64,000 bases of DNA, taken from Candidatus Sericytochromatia bacterium (GTDB lineage Bacteria > Cyanobacteriota > Sericytochromatia > S15B-MN24 > VGJW01). The position numbers were made by a program, and so were the translations under genes. Location of the stretch: contig JAYKHS010000007.1 in NCBI GenBank assembly GCA_035285865.1, positions 1 to 64,000 of the forward strand. The letters run 5' to 3'. Positions 29,389-39,216 of this stretch are shown piece after piece. The notes beneath the pieces were generated by a model. The model was not told the origin of the DNA. It made no database searches and was given only the letters and a program-made list of their open reading frames with translations. How positions within the stretch are numbered: position 1 is the first letter of the stretch; each line of letters starts with the position of its first letter.

Positions 29389-30608
29389 CAGGGCTCCTCC
29401 GGCTCATGGACCAGCGACAGGGCATCGAGTACCCCCACCACGCCCAGTAGCCGTCCATCGTCCTGCACGACCGGAAGCGAGAGCAAGTTGTAATGGAAGA
29501 GCTTCTCGAGCGCACTCATCGCGGGCTCATAGGCCCCGACCGTCACCATCTGAGCGGGAAAGAGCGAGGCAAGCGGAGTCTCCGCCTCGGCACGGACCAC
29601 GTGCCGGAACGAGAGAACACCGGACAAGCGCCCCGCTGCATCCACGGCATAGAGATAACTGCAGAGTTCATCGGTTGCGCCGTCGCCACGCACCCACTCG
29701 AGGGCCCGTCCGGCCGTCCAGGTCTCCGGTACCTCCCAGAAGCTGGTGGTCATCAGGGCACCGACCGTACCGTCCTCGTACGCCAGCAGATCCCGGACCT
29801 CGCTGGCATCCTCGGCATCCATGCGCTCCATCAGGCCGCGGGCACGATCCTCGGGCAGTTCAGAAAGCAGGTCCGCCGCTTCGTCCGGCTCCATCTCCTC
29901 GAGGACGTCTGCCGCCCGCTCCTCGTCAAGGCCATCAAGGATGGCACTCTGCAACTCGGGACTCGCCTCCTCCATGATGTCGGCAAGCCGGGCATCATCG
30001 AGCGCCTCGAGAACCTGCGACCGCTGCTCGTGGCCCAGCTCGGCGACGATCTCCGCCAAGTCCGCAGGATGCAGGCGGGCCAGACGATCCGACGAGACCC
30101 TCAGGCGCACCGTAGCAGTCTGCTTCTCGACCGGTTCGACCATGTCCCAGCGGACCAGGCCTTCCGGTGGCCGCCAACCCAGCGTGCGGGTCATCCATGC
30201 AAGGGCCGGGGCGAGTCCGAGACGACGCGCAAGGCCCCACGGACCGATGTCCACGCCGACCACCCGCAGGCGGGTCCCTTGCCACGCCAACTGCAGGTCA
30301 TTGACCCGAACGACGTGCGCCCCATCCATGTCCACGACCTGGCTGTCCATCACGTCGAGCGCAAGCAAGCGCTCGGTCGGTGCGAGGTCATCCCAGGCCG
30401 CGACGTCGCGCACCACGAACGTATCCAGCGTGACGCGCACGACGTCGGCCCACGGCACCAGCCTGCGACGGCGCCCCTGAGCCAGCACCAGGCCGGAGAC
30501 GACAGGAAAAACACCCTCGGTCACGAAGGTGACGTCCCTGAGGATACCCACCTTGCCACCCGCAACCGTCCGGACCGCCCGGTTCAAATACTGGGAAAGG
30601 AAGATCAC
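29388..30608 (-). CDS. MgtE cytosolic-domain protein (PRC-barrel-like + MgtE_N + CBS pair, no TM domain)
   Basis: QVVDMDGAHVVRVNDL, LHPADLAEIV, LEEMEPDEAADLL, YEDGTVGALMT and LPVVQDDGRLLGVV. Confidence 0.85.
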   Translation of the reverse strand: MIFLSQYLNRAVRTVAGGKVGILRDVTFVTEGVFPVVSGLVLAQGRRRRLVPWADVVRVTLDTFVVRDVAAWDDLAPTERLLALDVMDSQVVDMDGAHVVRVNDLQLAWQGTRLRVVGVDIGPWGLARRLGLAPALAWMTRTLGWRPPEGLVRWDMVEPVEKQTATVRLRVSSDRLARLHPADLAEIVAELGHEQRSQVLEALDDARLADIMEEASPELQSAILDGLDEERAADVLEEMEPDEAADLLSELPEDRARGLMERMDAEDASEVRDLLAYEDGTVGALMTTSFWEVPETWTAGRALEWVRGDGATDELCSYLYAVDAAGRLSGVLSFRHVVRAEAETPLASLFPAQMVTVGAYEPAMSALEKLFHYNLLSLPVVQDDGRLLGVVGVLDALSLVHEPEEP

Positions 30609-30626
30609 GGGGCGGTCACCCCGGAA

Positions 30627-31901
30627 TCAGGGCTTCGAAGCGCGAACCAGCCTGAGCGAAGCCGCCGCCTGGACCATGCCGTACCCGTGGTAGCTGTCGA
30701 AGCCCGGGGCACCGAGGTCCCGTGCAGCGTCCCGCAGCAGGGTCCCGACACGCTCCTGGGGCAAATCGGGCGCCAGAGACCGGACAAGTGCCGCGACACC
30801 CGCGACGACGGGAGCGGCCTGGCTGGTGCCGGACAAGGCTGAGGCATGCGTGTCGATGCGGTTCTCGGGCGGAAGGGCGGACGGATTCTCGCGCGCCAGC
30901 CGGACCAGCGCACATTCGTAGGTGGGAAAGGTCGACCAAATGCCGTAGCCGGGAGCCGAGAGCGCCTGCCAGCGTCCAAAACAAGACCATGCCGTGCGCC
31001 GGTCCACAAGGTCGGTCGCACCGACGGCTACCACACCGGGCAGGCTGGCGGGGAAGATGCGCGGATTGCCCCGATCACCGGCATTGCCCATGGCTGCCAC
31101 GACAACGACGCCGCGCTGCTGGGCTACCTTGATCGCATCTTCGATCAGGCGCGAACGCATCGGCGACCCGAGGCTCAGGTTGAGAACCTGCGCTCCGCGA
31201 GCGACGGCCCACTGGATGCCCGTCGCGACGGACTCAGCGGAACCACCCCTGTCGCCGAGCACGCGCACGGGCATGATGCGCGCCTCGGGGGCCATGCCCA
31301 GCAGGGACATGTCCGGGGCCTGGGCAGCGATGATCCCGGCCACGTGCGTGCCGTGGCCATTGTCGTCACGAGGGTCGCCGTCCCGATCGACGGTGTCGAA
31401 ACCGGGCACCAATCGGCCAAGGAAGGCCGGATGGGTGGCGTCGATGCCCGTATCGACCACAGCTACCGTGACGCCCCGCCCCTTGGCCATGGTCCACGCC
31501 TCGCGCGCCTGGACGCGCTGCAGGTGCCAGAGGTCGGGCGTCTCGGCCGTGGTCGCGAACTCCGGAAGGCTGACGGACAAGCGGGGCAGCTCGTCCACGA
31601 GTTCCATCTTCCAGTTGGGTTCCGCCCACGTCACGCCCGGGGCCTGCTGCAGACGCTCCATGGCCGCTGCGATGCCAACACCGGCAGGAACACGCACCAG
31701 CCACGCATCCAGGCCCTCGACGGAGCGGACAGCCGTCCATCCGGTCGGCAGGGTCGCTCCAGCCGCAAGCCGCACGAGGATCTCACCGGGCACGGCGCGA
31801 GCAGCAAGGCCATCCGCGGAGCCTTCGACGATGCGTCCGACGGGCAACGCGCCGCAGCCCGCGAGGACGGTCACCAGAACCAGGCTCAAGACGCGCATCA
31901 T
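30627..31901 (-). CDS. S8 subtilisin-like serine peptidase, lipoprotein
   Basis: LAGC lipobox. Catalytic triad VAVVDTG, HGTHVAG and SGTSQAAP. Confidence 0.92.
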   Translation of the reverse strand: MMRVLSLVLVTVLAGCGALPVGRIVEGSADGLAARAVPGEILVRLAAGATLPTGWTAVRSVEGLDAWLVRVPAGVGIAAAMERLQQAPGVTWAEPNWKMELVDELPRLSVSLPEFATTAETPDLWHLQRVQAREAWTMAKGRGVTVAVVDTGIDATHPAFLGRLVPGFDTVDRDGDPRDDNGHGTHVAGIIAAQAPDMSLLGMAPEARIMPVRVLGDRGGSAESVATGIQWAVARGAQVLNLSLGSPMRSRLIEDAIKVAQQRGVVVVAAMGNAGDRGNPRIFPASLPGVVAVGATDLVDRRTAWSCFGRWQALSAPGYGIWSTFPTYECALVRLARENPSALPPENRIDTHASALSGTSQAAPVVAGVAALVRSLAPDLPQERVGTLLRDAARDLGAPGFDSYHGYGMVQAAASLRLVRASKP

Positions 31902-31990
31902 CGGGAGTTCCTTCCCTGTTTCTAATCTTCGACTAATCTATACTTAACACAAATCCGGGCGGAACGCCCGCCTCAGAGGGAGATCTGACC

Positions 31991-32401
31991 TTGCTCGACG
32001 CCCCCTTGCCTCCTTCCTGGCCGGACGAGCCTTCCATCCGGGTTCTCCTTCTGCCCAAGGACACCAACGAACATGGCACCATCTTCGGGGGCGTGATCCT
32101 GTCCCATCTCGACCTTGCGGCCGCCGTGGAAGCGGGTCGTCACACCGAACATCGCTTCGTCACCGTTGCCCTGCGCGAGGTCAAGTTCGAGCAACCGGTC
32201 CACGTGGGGGACACCGTCAGTTTCTACACCCGCCTCGAAGGTCGCGGGCGCACCAGCCTGACGATCGGCATCCGGGTCGAAGCCCGGCGTCGCGGCCCGA
32301 GCGCCGAATCCGTCCTCGTGACGACGGCCGAAGCCGTGTTCGTGACCGTCGGTACAGATGGCCGGCCCGTGGCCTGGGACAGCCCGTTGCCCGTCAGTTG
32401 A
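31991..32401 (+). CDS. Hotdog-fold acyl-CoA thioesterase (YciA-like)
   Basis: PKDTNEHGTIFGGVILSHLDLAA, FEQPVHVGD and GRTSL. Confidence 0.9.
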   Translation: MLDAPLPPSWPDEPSIRVLLLPKDTNEHGTIFGGVILSHLDLAAAVEAGRHTEHRFVTVALREVKFEQPVHVGDTVSFYTRLEGRGRTSLTIGIRVEARRRGPSAESVLVTTAEAVFVTVGTDGRPVAWDSPLPVS

Positions 32402-33014
32402 CGGAAGCCGAAGCCTCAGCGGTAGCCTTGGCCTCATCGGTGGCTGGCACCGAGCCCGAGGCCATGCGGCCCTCGGCCCACCCCTCGAGCCCGTCGAGCA
32501 AGGCCCTCTGATAGCCCTCGAGGGTGCCGATGCCCAGCCCGAAGACCACCCCGAAGGCCTTGTCCATGAAGGACTTCGGCTCGAGCCGGGTCGAGAACAC
32601 CACCTTGACCGAACCGGAAGCCGCCGGTTCGAGGTCGAAGCGCATGAGCATCGGAGCGGCAGGCGCCCCGACTTTGGGCCGGTTGCGGAAGGCATAGGTC
32701 TTCCCGGGCTCCCAGACCGCCACCTCCTGCTCCCAAGTCTGCCCCTGGCCGATGGCATACCGGATAAGGGTCGGGTTGCCCGTGGCCGGTTCGACCGAGC
32801 GGGAGCCCACCGGAGGCATCATCGGATCGCCCTTGGCGGCCCAGAGCTGCCAACCCGTGACGCCCTGCCAGACCTTGTCGACCGGTGCGTCGATGACCCT
32901 GTCCGAGGTACGCGTCACCACGGAAGGCCCAAGCAGCCCGGCGAGGCCGATGGCCGCAAGCGGCAGGATCATCAGGGTAGCCGCAACGACACCGAAACGT
33001 GAAAGAGCACTCAT
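32394..33014 (-). CDS. SRPBCC/START-like protein with an N-terminal membrane anchor
   Basis: TM segment then RVIDAPVDKVWQGV...WEPGK...YQRALLDGLEGWAE. ATG overlaps the stop of the AMP ligase. Confidence 0.65.
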   Translation of the reverse strand: MSALSRFGVVAATLMILPLAAIGLAGLLGPSVVTRTSDRVIDAPVDKVWQGVTGWQLWAAKGDPMMPPVGSRSVEPATGNPTLIRYAIGQGQTWEQEVAVWEPGKTYAFRNRPKVGAPAAPMLMRFDLEPAASGSVKVVFSTRLEPKSFMDKAFGVVFGLGIGTLEGYQRALLDGLEGWAEGRMASGSVPATDEAKATAEASASVN

Positions 33015-34510
33015 GGCCAGACAGTGTACCGCCTGCGGCCGACAACGCGCCTGAGGGCAGCTCGATCGACCTTCGTCCGGTGGCGGGGGTCCCGAGGAAT
33101 CCGCGACACCCGGACCACAGGCAGTGCGGCGAGGCCCACCCGCGAAAGGGCAGCGCCCAGCCCCGGATCCAGGGGTCCTTCCACGGCCAGGACCACCTCC
33201 CCGTCCACCGAGATCAGGCCCGCACCTCCGACCAAGCCTTGCGCGCCGAGCCACTGCTCGAGCGCCAGAGCGTGACGTATGGTCCCGAAGCTCAGGATCG
33301 GATCCCCGACCCGCCCAAGCAGCCATAACCTGCCGAATTCGTCGAGGCGGCCGACATCCCCCATGTGATGCCAAAGTACTCCGTCTGCATCGACGGACTT
33401 GCCCGCCGGCAGGCCATCCTCCCCCCAGTAGGCCCGGACGACATGTGGACCCGCCACCAGCACTTCGTCCTGCTCGGAAAGACGCAGGCCGACTCCGGGC
33501 ACGGGCAAGCCGACGCAGACGCCCCCGCCCTCCAGCGTTCCGGTTGCCAGGACTTCCCAGGATGGCTCGCCCCTGCATAGGGCGACAGGTTCGGCCTCGG
33601 TCGATCCGTAGCCGATGGCGACCCGGGCATCGGGAAAGATTCGGGCGGCGGCAGGCGGCAAGGCAGGATCCACGGCCCCACCGCCCACGAAAACCGCGCG
33701 CAGGCCCGGGACAGGAACACCCTGGCGCACCCACGCGGCAAGCAGGGCAGGCGAAGCCACGACGAGCGTCGCCCCTTGCGCACGCATCTGCTCCCGAGCC
33801 GTGGCCGCCGCCGCATCGTGGCCCGCCAGCCGATGGCGAACGGGCAAGAGGACGGCGGCACCCGTCGCCAGATGATGCAGGGTGAACACGGGCAGGGTAG
33901 CCAAGGCGACATCCCCCGGTCCGTCGCCCAGCTCGGCCGCCAGCAGGCGATGCTGGGCCAACAGCGTGCCGTGGGTCCTGATGGCACCCTTGGGACGACC
34001 TGAGCTGCCTGTCGTGAAAGTCACCAGCGCTGGGTCATGCTCTCCTGCGGCTTTCGGTGCCCGACAGGCGAGCTCGGGGGAACCCGGAGCAAGCGCCGTG
34101 GCGGCATCGAGGATACGTGGCACCCGCCCGAGCGGAGGCCAGAAGAACCGCAGCGCATGCCAACGGCGAGGCAGCACCACCGCGGCGGGCGACGTCCGCG
34201 CGAGGGCATCCGACAGCCCGGAGAGGCCCATCCAGGGGTCGAGGAAGACCGCGACGCCCCCTGTCCACCAGATGGCCAGCAGCCAGACATAGAGCGCCTC
34301 GGACAACGGCGTGAAGACGACGATCCTGTCGCCGGGACGCAGGCCTTCGGCTTCGAGGCGCGCAGCAAGGCGACGCACGGCGTCGGTCAACGCACCGTAG
34401 GACACGACGCGATGGCGACGCGCCCGGGGATCCTCAGGAACGACAAGGGCCGGTGCATCCGGACGCGCTGCCGCGTGGGCCAGCAGGATGGCACAGATGC
34501 CGTCGCTCAC
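33011..34510 (-). CDS. AMP-binding (adenylate-forming) enzyme, OleC-like
   Basis: FTTGSSGRPKG, YGSTEAEP, WHHMGDVG and IPRDPRHRTKVD. GTG overlaps the GNAT stop. Confidence 0.88.
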   Translation of the reverse strand: MSDGICAILLAHAAARPDAPALVVPEDPRARRHRVVSYGALTDAVRRLAARLEAEGLRPGDRIVVFTPLSEALYVWLLAIWWTGGVAVFLDPWMGLSGLSDALARTSPAAVVLPRRWHALRFFWPPLGRVPRILDAATALAPGSPELACRAPKAAGEHDPALVTFTTGSSGRPKGAIRTHGTLLAQHRLLAAELGDGPGDVALATLPVFTLHHLATGAAVLLPVRHRLAGHDAAAATAREQMRAQGATLVVASPALLAAWVRQGVPVPGLRAVFVGGGAVDPALPPAAARIFPDARVAIGYGSTEAEPVALCRGEPSWEVLATGTLEGGGVCVGLPVPGVGLRLSEQDEVLVAGPHVVRAYWGEDGLPAGKSVDADGVLWHHMGDVGRLDEFGRLWLLGRVGDPILSFGTIRHALALEQWLGAQGLVGGAGLISVDGEVVLAVEGPLDPGLGAALSRVGLAALPVVRVSRIPRDPRHRTKVDRAALRRVVGRRRYTVWP

Positions 34511-35565
34511 GCCCCGTCCCACCGGCAGAGGATGTGCGTCCGCATCGGCCGACCGCCGATGCCCCGGGACATGTGCAAGGAAGGGTTGTCCTCGGCCATC
34601 AGGGCGTGGACCACTTCGGGAATCCCGAGTTCCGCCGCACGCCGGTGGAAGGCATGCGCCAGGGCGTGGCCGACCGCCGTGCGGCGATGGGCCCGCGCGA
34701 CGCCAAGGGTCTTCAGGACGGCCCGCCCGGGTCTGCGGATCCGCCAGGCCAGCGTCATGCGTCCCGCAAGGCCACCGGCACGCCCCAGCCACGGGCGCAG
34801 ATCCGGTACGCCTAGCAGAAAGCCGACGACCTCCCCCCGCCCATCACGAGCCACGAAGGAAAGGCCCGTGCGCCACAAAGGAGCCATCGGCGCGAAGCGG
34901 GCGAGAAAGGCCTCTGCCGAAAGGGGTGCGAGGTCCAGTCCGCCGGAGAATATTTCGGGCACCATCGGATGTAATTCACCCAGCACGTCCCGCCAGTTGC
35001 CCGGCGTCACCGGCGCAATCCGGTACCCGGCGTCCCGGGCCGGTGCAGCAGAGACGTCCAGCAGACGAGCTGCCTCCTCCGGAGCCTCCTGGACCTGGCT
35101 GATGACCCGGTGGCTCGGCCTGCCCCCGGCCAGTTGCCACAACCGCGGGTCCTCAGGGGGATTCTCGGGCTCCAGCAGGTACGGAGGGTCGTCCTCCGGC
35201 CCCACGCTGAAACGCGCACGCTCCCATGCATCTCCGTCCACCGGCCCCAGGATGGTCGTCGCCCCTTCCTCCCGCAGCCACGAGACCGACGCCCCGAGCA
35301 GTTCGGTGACGACGGCCGGATCCGGCATGGCGGCGAACAGGCCCAGGTGCCCGATCGAACCGCCCGGCAGGCGCCACGCCGTGACGGTGCCGTGCCCCTC
35401 GAGCACGAAGTGCCGACAAACCGCCCAGTCTGCAGTCCGCGAGACGATGGCGGCGAAACGGGCGGGATCCGGGGCGAGAAGCACCGGTCGGTGGCGCCAG
35501 ACCCGTTCCGAGGTCTCGGTCCACGCCCGAAGCGCCTCGTTTGCGCCGGCACCGAACGCCTTCAC
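34507..35565 (-). CDS. GNAT-fold N-acyltransferase-like protein (YghO-like)
   Basis: GHLGLF..., LREEGATTILGPVDG, VVGFLLGVPD and LKTLGVARAHRRTAVG (acyl-CoA binding loop). Confidence 0.65.
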   Translation of the reverse strand: MKAFGAGANEALRAWTETSERVWRHRPVLLAPDPARFAAIVSRTADWAVCRHFVLEGHGTVTAWRLPGGSIGHLGLFAAMPDPAVVTELLGASVSWLREEGATTILGPVDGDAWERARFSVGPEDDPPYLLEPENPPEDPRLWQLAGGRPSHRVISQVQEAPEEAARLLDVSAAPARDAGYRIAPVTPGNWRDVLGELHPMVPEIFSGGLDLAPLSAEAFLARFAPMAPLWRTGLSFVARDGRGEVVGFLLGVPDLRPWLGRAGGLAGRMTLAWRIRRPGRAVLKTLGVARAHRRTAVGHALAHAFHRRAAELGIPEVVHALMAEDNPSLHMSRGIGGRPMRTHILCRWDGA

Positions 35566-38225
35566 GCTGTCGGCACCTCCGGGAGGTCCTGAGGCCGCAC
35601 CGTTCCTGCACGGCCATCCATCTTGACCACCTGGCCGTCACGCAGTGCGCGCGTGAGCCCCGGAATGCCCACGATGGCCGGAAGGCCCATCTCGCGGGCC
35701 ACGATGGCCGAATGGGAGAGGATGCTGCCTCGCTCGATGAGCAGCCCGGCTGACGCCGGATAGAGCGGAATCCAGCCCGGATCGGTCCGGGTGGTCGCAA
35801 GGATCTGGCCCGCCATGCCTGCCGCGTCCGCGGGACGCAGCACGAGGCGCACCGGAGCCGTCACCTTGCCCGGACAGCAACTGACACCGTGCAACACGCC
35901 TTCGGCATCCGGGCCGACGGGTCGATCCGGCAGAACCGCACGCCGGGCCGAAAGGGTCGGCACGCCCATCGTCGTGAATCGCTCGGGAACGTCCATCGCC
36001 CGCCAAGCCGCGACCTGACGGGCGCGCAAGGCAGCCAGCGCGCGCAAGTCCGTCGTCACGGAACGTCCCTCGACCCAGGCCCAGAGCTCCGGGACCGTCA
36101 GGTAGAAGACATCTTCGTGCCGGTCGAGCAGGCCGCTGGCAGCCATGTGGTGGCCGATCGCGCGGAACATGTCGCGACACACCCCGAAGATTCGCGTACG
36201 GGCAAACCGCAGGTTCTCGCGGTTGCGAACGTGCTTGCGTGCCTGTCCGAGGACGGCTCGGACCACCAGGGCGCGCAACGGAAAGCCGGCCAGCCGGCGG
36301 GCCAGCTCGGCCTCTGCGGCCTTGCGCATCGCGGACTCGGCATCGGGTGCGGGGAGGCGCCCGTCGGCCGCAAGGCGCAGATAGTTCTGCAAGGTGGCAT
36401 AAACGAACGCCGGCTGGTCCTTGAGGGTGGGTTCCTCGAGCTTGAGTTCGTCCATGCAGCGGAAGCCCCAGCGGTCGAGGAAGCCCGCGACACCCGCCGC
36501 AAGCTCGGGGTCCCCGTCGCCGACCCAGTCCGGTACCTGCGCTGCCTCGCGCTCGAGCAACGCCGAGGAGCGCCGGGGGTCACGAGACAGTTCGGCAGCC
36601 GTCTCGAGCAGCCAACGCGTCGGGGCGGTCGACTCGATGCCCCCTTCTCCCGACAGCAGATCATTCTGCAGCCCCGGATCCGCATCGGGCAGCCACGAAG
36701 ACAGCAATTTGCGCAGCAGGCCATAGGAGACCATGGCGAAGGTGTCCGTCAGGATGGGCGCCTGCCATCGCCAGAGCAGCGAACGCTCGATGGAGTCGTA
36801 GGCTTCGGCGATCTCGTCGGGCGGCATCGCGCGCCAGTCCCGATGCCGCCAAGTCTCGTACACCTGGTTGAAGTGGATTTGGAACCACGCGACCCGACGA
36901 TCGATGGTGAGAAAAGCCCAGATCAGTCTTCCACCGACGGCCAGCATCGGCCCGAAACGCGCCATCAGGCCGGCACGCGCCGTTTCGGCACCGACAGAGG
37001 CCGAGGCCTTGACCCCCATCATCTGCTCCATGAAAGCCTTGTTGGCCTCATAGCCCGGCAAGAGCGCCACGATGCGGTACCAGTTGCGCATGTTGTAGTA
37101 GATGCGCCCGGCGTGCAGGCCAATCATGTTGCGGAAGGTCGCGGCATTGGCCTGCAGCTTGTCCGGAGGTACCCCCAGCAGGGCCGCGATCTGCTGGTAG
37201 ACGATGGTGTACGCCTGACTCGCGAAGCTGAAGGTCAACGGGGAGGTCACGCCATTGTAGGACTCGACGATGTTGGAGTTGTCCCAAAGACGTTCCAGCA
37301 CACCCTCATGCAGGTCCGGACGACCGCTTGGCAGGCCCGGATCGAGCGTGGTCACCGGTCGGGTCTGCAGGAAGAACCATTCCTCGGCGACCAGGGCGAC
37401 CTCGATGTCCTGGGGATGACCGGCCTCACGGGCAATCCGGCGCGCCTCGCCGGCAAGCGCGCGCACCTTGACCTCATCGAGGCAGGGCTGCATCCGCCGT
37501 GCGCCGGTCACCGCGACGACTGCCGTCCGGCGCTCGCCATCGTGCTTTACGGCGGCATCCTTGTCGGCGACCTCGTAGGACACCGCTCCCAGCCGTTCCG
37601 TGAACCCGTCCGTGGGCACCAGATCGGCCACGACACCCTCACCCAGGCCCCACGCGACCCGTCCCACCACGGTTTCCCGATCACCTGTCACGGGATGGAC
37701 CGTGAAGACCACACCGCTGACCTCGGCATCGACCATCTCCTGGATGACCACGGCCAGCGAAGCGGCCTCGGCACCGAGACCGCGCTGGCCAAGGTAGGCG
37801 AGAACCGCCTCGGAGCCGGCGGCGGCCCAGACATCGGGCAGGGCCTCGAGAACGCCCTCTGGTCCCCGGGCACCCAGCACGGTCCGGAACTGGCCCGCGA
37901 ACGAGCTGCCCCCCCCATCCTCGCCCGTGGCCGACGAGCGGACGGCGAAACGGCGCTGGGCCACCTCGGCCCCCCAGCGTTCGACCATCCGCGCACGGAC
38001 TTCCCGGGCCAGCGCCTCGGGCACCTGAGCACCGGCACCGGCATCGCGCCAGGCCTGCCACGCCTCGACCGTCAGCACCAGCCAGCCGGGGACGCGCAGG
38101 CCGTGCGCGCGCAGCCATGCGAGGTTCGCGGCCTTCCCGCCCACCAGCCTCGGCTCGACGCTGCGCACATCGTCCTCGGAGACCAGCCACCGCGCAGCCG
38201 CGGCAGGATTCTCGACGGGCGTCAC
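35562..38225 (-). CDS. PEP-utilizer/PPDK_N dikinase with rifampin-phosphotransferase-like architecture
   Basis: VGGKAANL, AVRSSATGEDG..SFAGQ, QEMV, WGLGEGVV and LQTRPVT (ATP-grasp). Central helical domain. TDPGW...ILSHSAIVARE (phospho-His swivel at the C-terminus). Confidence 0.88.
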   Translation of the reverse strand: MTPVENPAAAARWLVSEDDVRSVEPRLVGGKAANLAWLRAHGLRVPGWLVLTVEAWQAWRDAGAGAQVPEALAREVRARMVERWGAEVAQRRFAVRSSATGEDGGGSSFAGQFRTVLGARGPEGVLEALPDVWAAAGSEAVLAYLGQRGLGAEAASLAVVIQEMVDAEVSGVVFTVHPVTGDRETVVGRVAWGLGEGVVADLVPTDGFTERLGAVSYEVADKDAAVKHDGERRTAVVAVTGARRMQPCLDEVKVRALAGEARRIAREAGHPQDIEVALVAEEWFFLQTRPVTTLDPGLPSGRPDLHEGVLERLWDNSNIVESYNGVTSPLTFSFASQAYTIVYQQIAALLGVPPDKLQANAATFRNMIGLHAGRIYYNMRNWYRIVALLPGYEANKAFMEQMMGVKASASVGAETARAGLMARFGPMLAVGGRLIWAFLTIDRRVAWFQIHFNQVYETWRHRDWRAMPPDEIAEAYDSIERSLLWRWQAPILTDTFAMVSYGLLRKLLSSWLPDADPGLQNDLLSGEGGIESTAPTRWLLETAAELSRDPRRSSALLEREAAQVPDWVGDGDPELAAGVAGFLDRWGFRCMDELKLEEPTLKDQPAFVYATLQNYLRLAADGRLPAPDAESAMRKAAEAELARRLAGFPLRALVVRAVLGQARKHVRNRENLRFARTRIFGVCRDMFRAIGHHMAASGLLDRHEDVFYLTVPELWAWVEGRSVTTDLRALAALRARQVAAWRAMDVPERFTTMGVPTLSARRAVLPDRPVGPDAEGVLHGVSCCPGKVTAPVRLVLRPADAAGMAGQILATTRTDPGWIPLYPASAGLLIERGSILSHSAIVAREMGLPAIVGIPGLTRALRDGQVVKMDGRAGTVRPQDLPEVPTA

Positions 38226-39169
38226 AGGCTCACCCCCCGGCCAACCACCAGCCCGACGACAAGAGCGGCCTGCACGAGCACGAAGACCGCCGTCCCCATG
38301 ATGCGGACGGCCTTGGCCGTCGCCGGTCTCGGCCGCACGGCGAAAAGCAGCAGCACCGCTGTTCCGGCTAGCCCCGACAGCAGCACCAGCACCAGGCTGC
38401 CGGCAGGCAAGGCCAACCGAAGCGCCAGCCAGGCCGAGCCCACGATGGCCAGGACCAGCGACAGCCATCCCGCGAGGGACGCCAGCTGGGGACCGTGCAC
38501 CCGCGTGTAGGTGGCGAGGGTCTCGAGCTCTTCCTCGGGTGAACGGGCCTTGCGGGTCAGTTCGAAGAGCAGCCCCAGTCCCACGGCCACGGCGATGACC
38601 AGAGAGAACTCGACCCCGATACCGGAGGGCCCGAGGGGCAACACGCCGACGGCAAGGCAAATCAGGGGCACGATGCCCTGATGGAGCAGGGCGTAGGTCA
38701 GGACCCTGGGCCGCAGCCAGTTGCCCATGAAGAACTCGACACGCATCAGGAGGGCAAACGCCGTGACGGCGCCGAAACCGATGAGGCCCCAACGTCCCAG
38801 CGTTAGGGCCAGAACGGCCATCAGCACGGCAATGCCCCAGCCCAGGATCCGCAACTCGTCCAGCGTGACGATGCCCCGCTGGACGACACGCTCGGGATGG
38901 TTGACGGCATCGTCGGCAAAGTCCTTGAACTCGTCCATGACGCGCAACAGCAGGAAGACGAGGAAGGTCAGGCCGAAAGCCGCGGCGGCTCTTCCGTCGA
39001 GGGGGACCGCGCGATCGCCGGCCAACGCGACGGCGCCCCCGTGGGCCAGTCCGAAGAACAGCAGGATGCCGACCAGATGGGTCGCCAGCGGGAACCGCTC
39101 GGCCTGGTAAGCCCACCAGCGCCGCCAGGCGGGTGCGCGGGTATGTTGGGACAAGGTGCCCTGATTCAT
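38222..39169 (-). CDS. UbiA-family prenyltransferase-like membrane protein
   Basis: Multi-TM protein with the Asp-rich motif RVMDEFKDFADDAVNHPERVVQRG. Confidence 0.72.
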   Translation of the reverse strand: MNQGTLSQHTRAPAWRRWWAYQAERFPLATHLVGILLFFGLAHGGAVALAGDRAVPLDGRAAAAFGLTFLVFLLLRVMDEFKDFADDAVNHPERVVQRGIVTLDELRILGWGIAVLMAVLALTLGRWGLIGFGAVTAFALLMRVEFFMGNWLRPRVLTYALLHQGIVPLICLAVGVLPLGPSGIGVEFSLVIAVAVGLGLLFELTRKARSPEEELETLATYTRVHGPQLASLAGWLSLVLAIVGSAWLALRLALPAGSLVLVLLSGLAGTAVLLLFAVRPRPATAKAVRIMGTAVFVLVQAALVVGLVVGRGVSL

Positions 39170-39216
39170 CCTTTCGTCATACCCCGACCGCGGCAGCCGG
39201 TCCACCCCGAACGAAG

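Noticed and set aside
33011..34510. Olefin (oleABCD) biosynthesis cluster
   Set aside because: Only an OleC-like ligase is present; no oleA, oleB or oleD neighbours are visible.
38226..39116. Apparent N-terminal extension making the PEP-utilizer 1184 aa
   Set aside because: It overlaps the UbiA-like gene in another frame. GTG 38225 with a GTGA overlap is the plausible start. The same logic trims upp, yqeG, the SRPBCC gene, btpA, murI and malQ.
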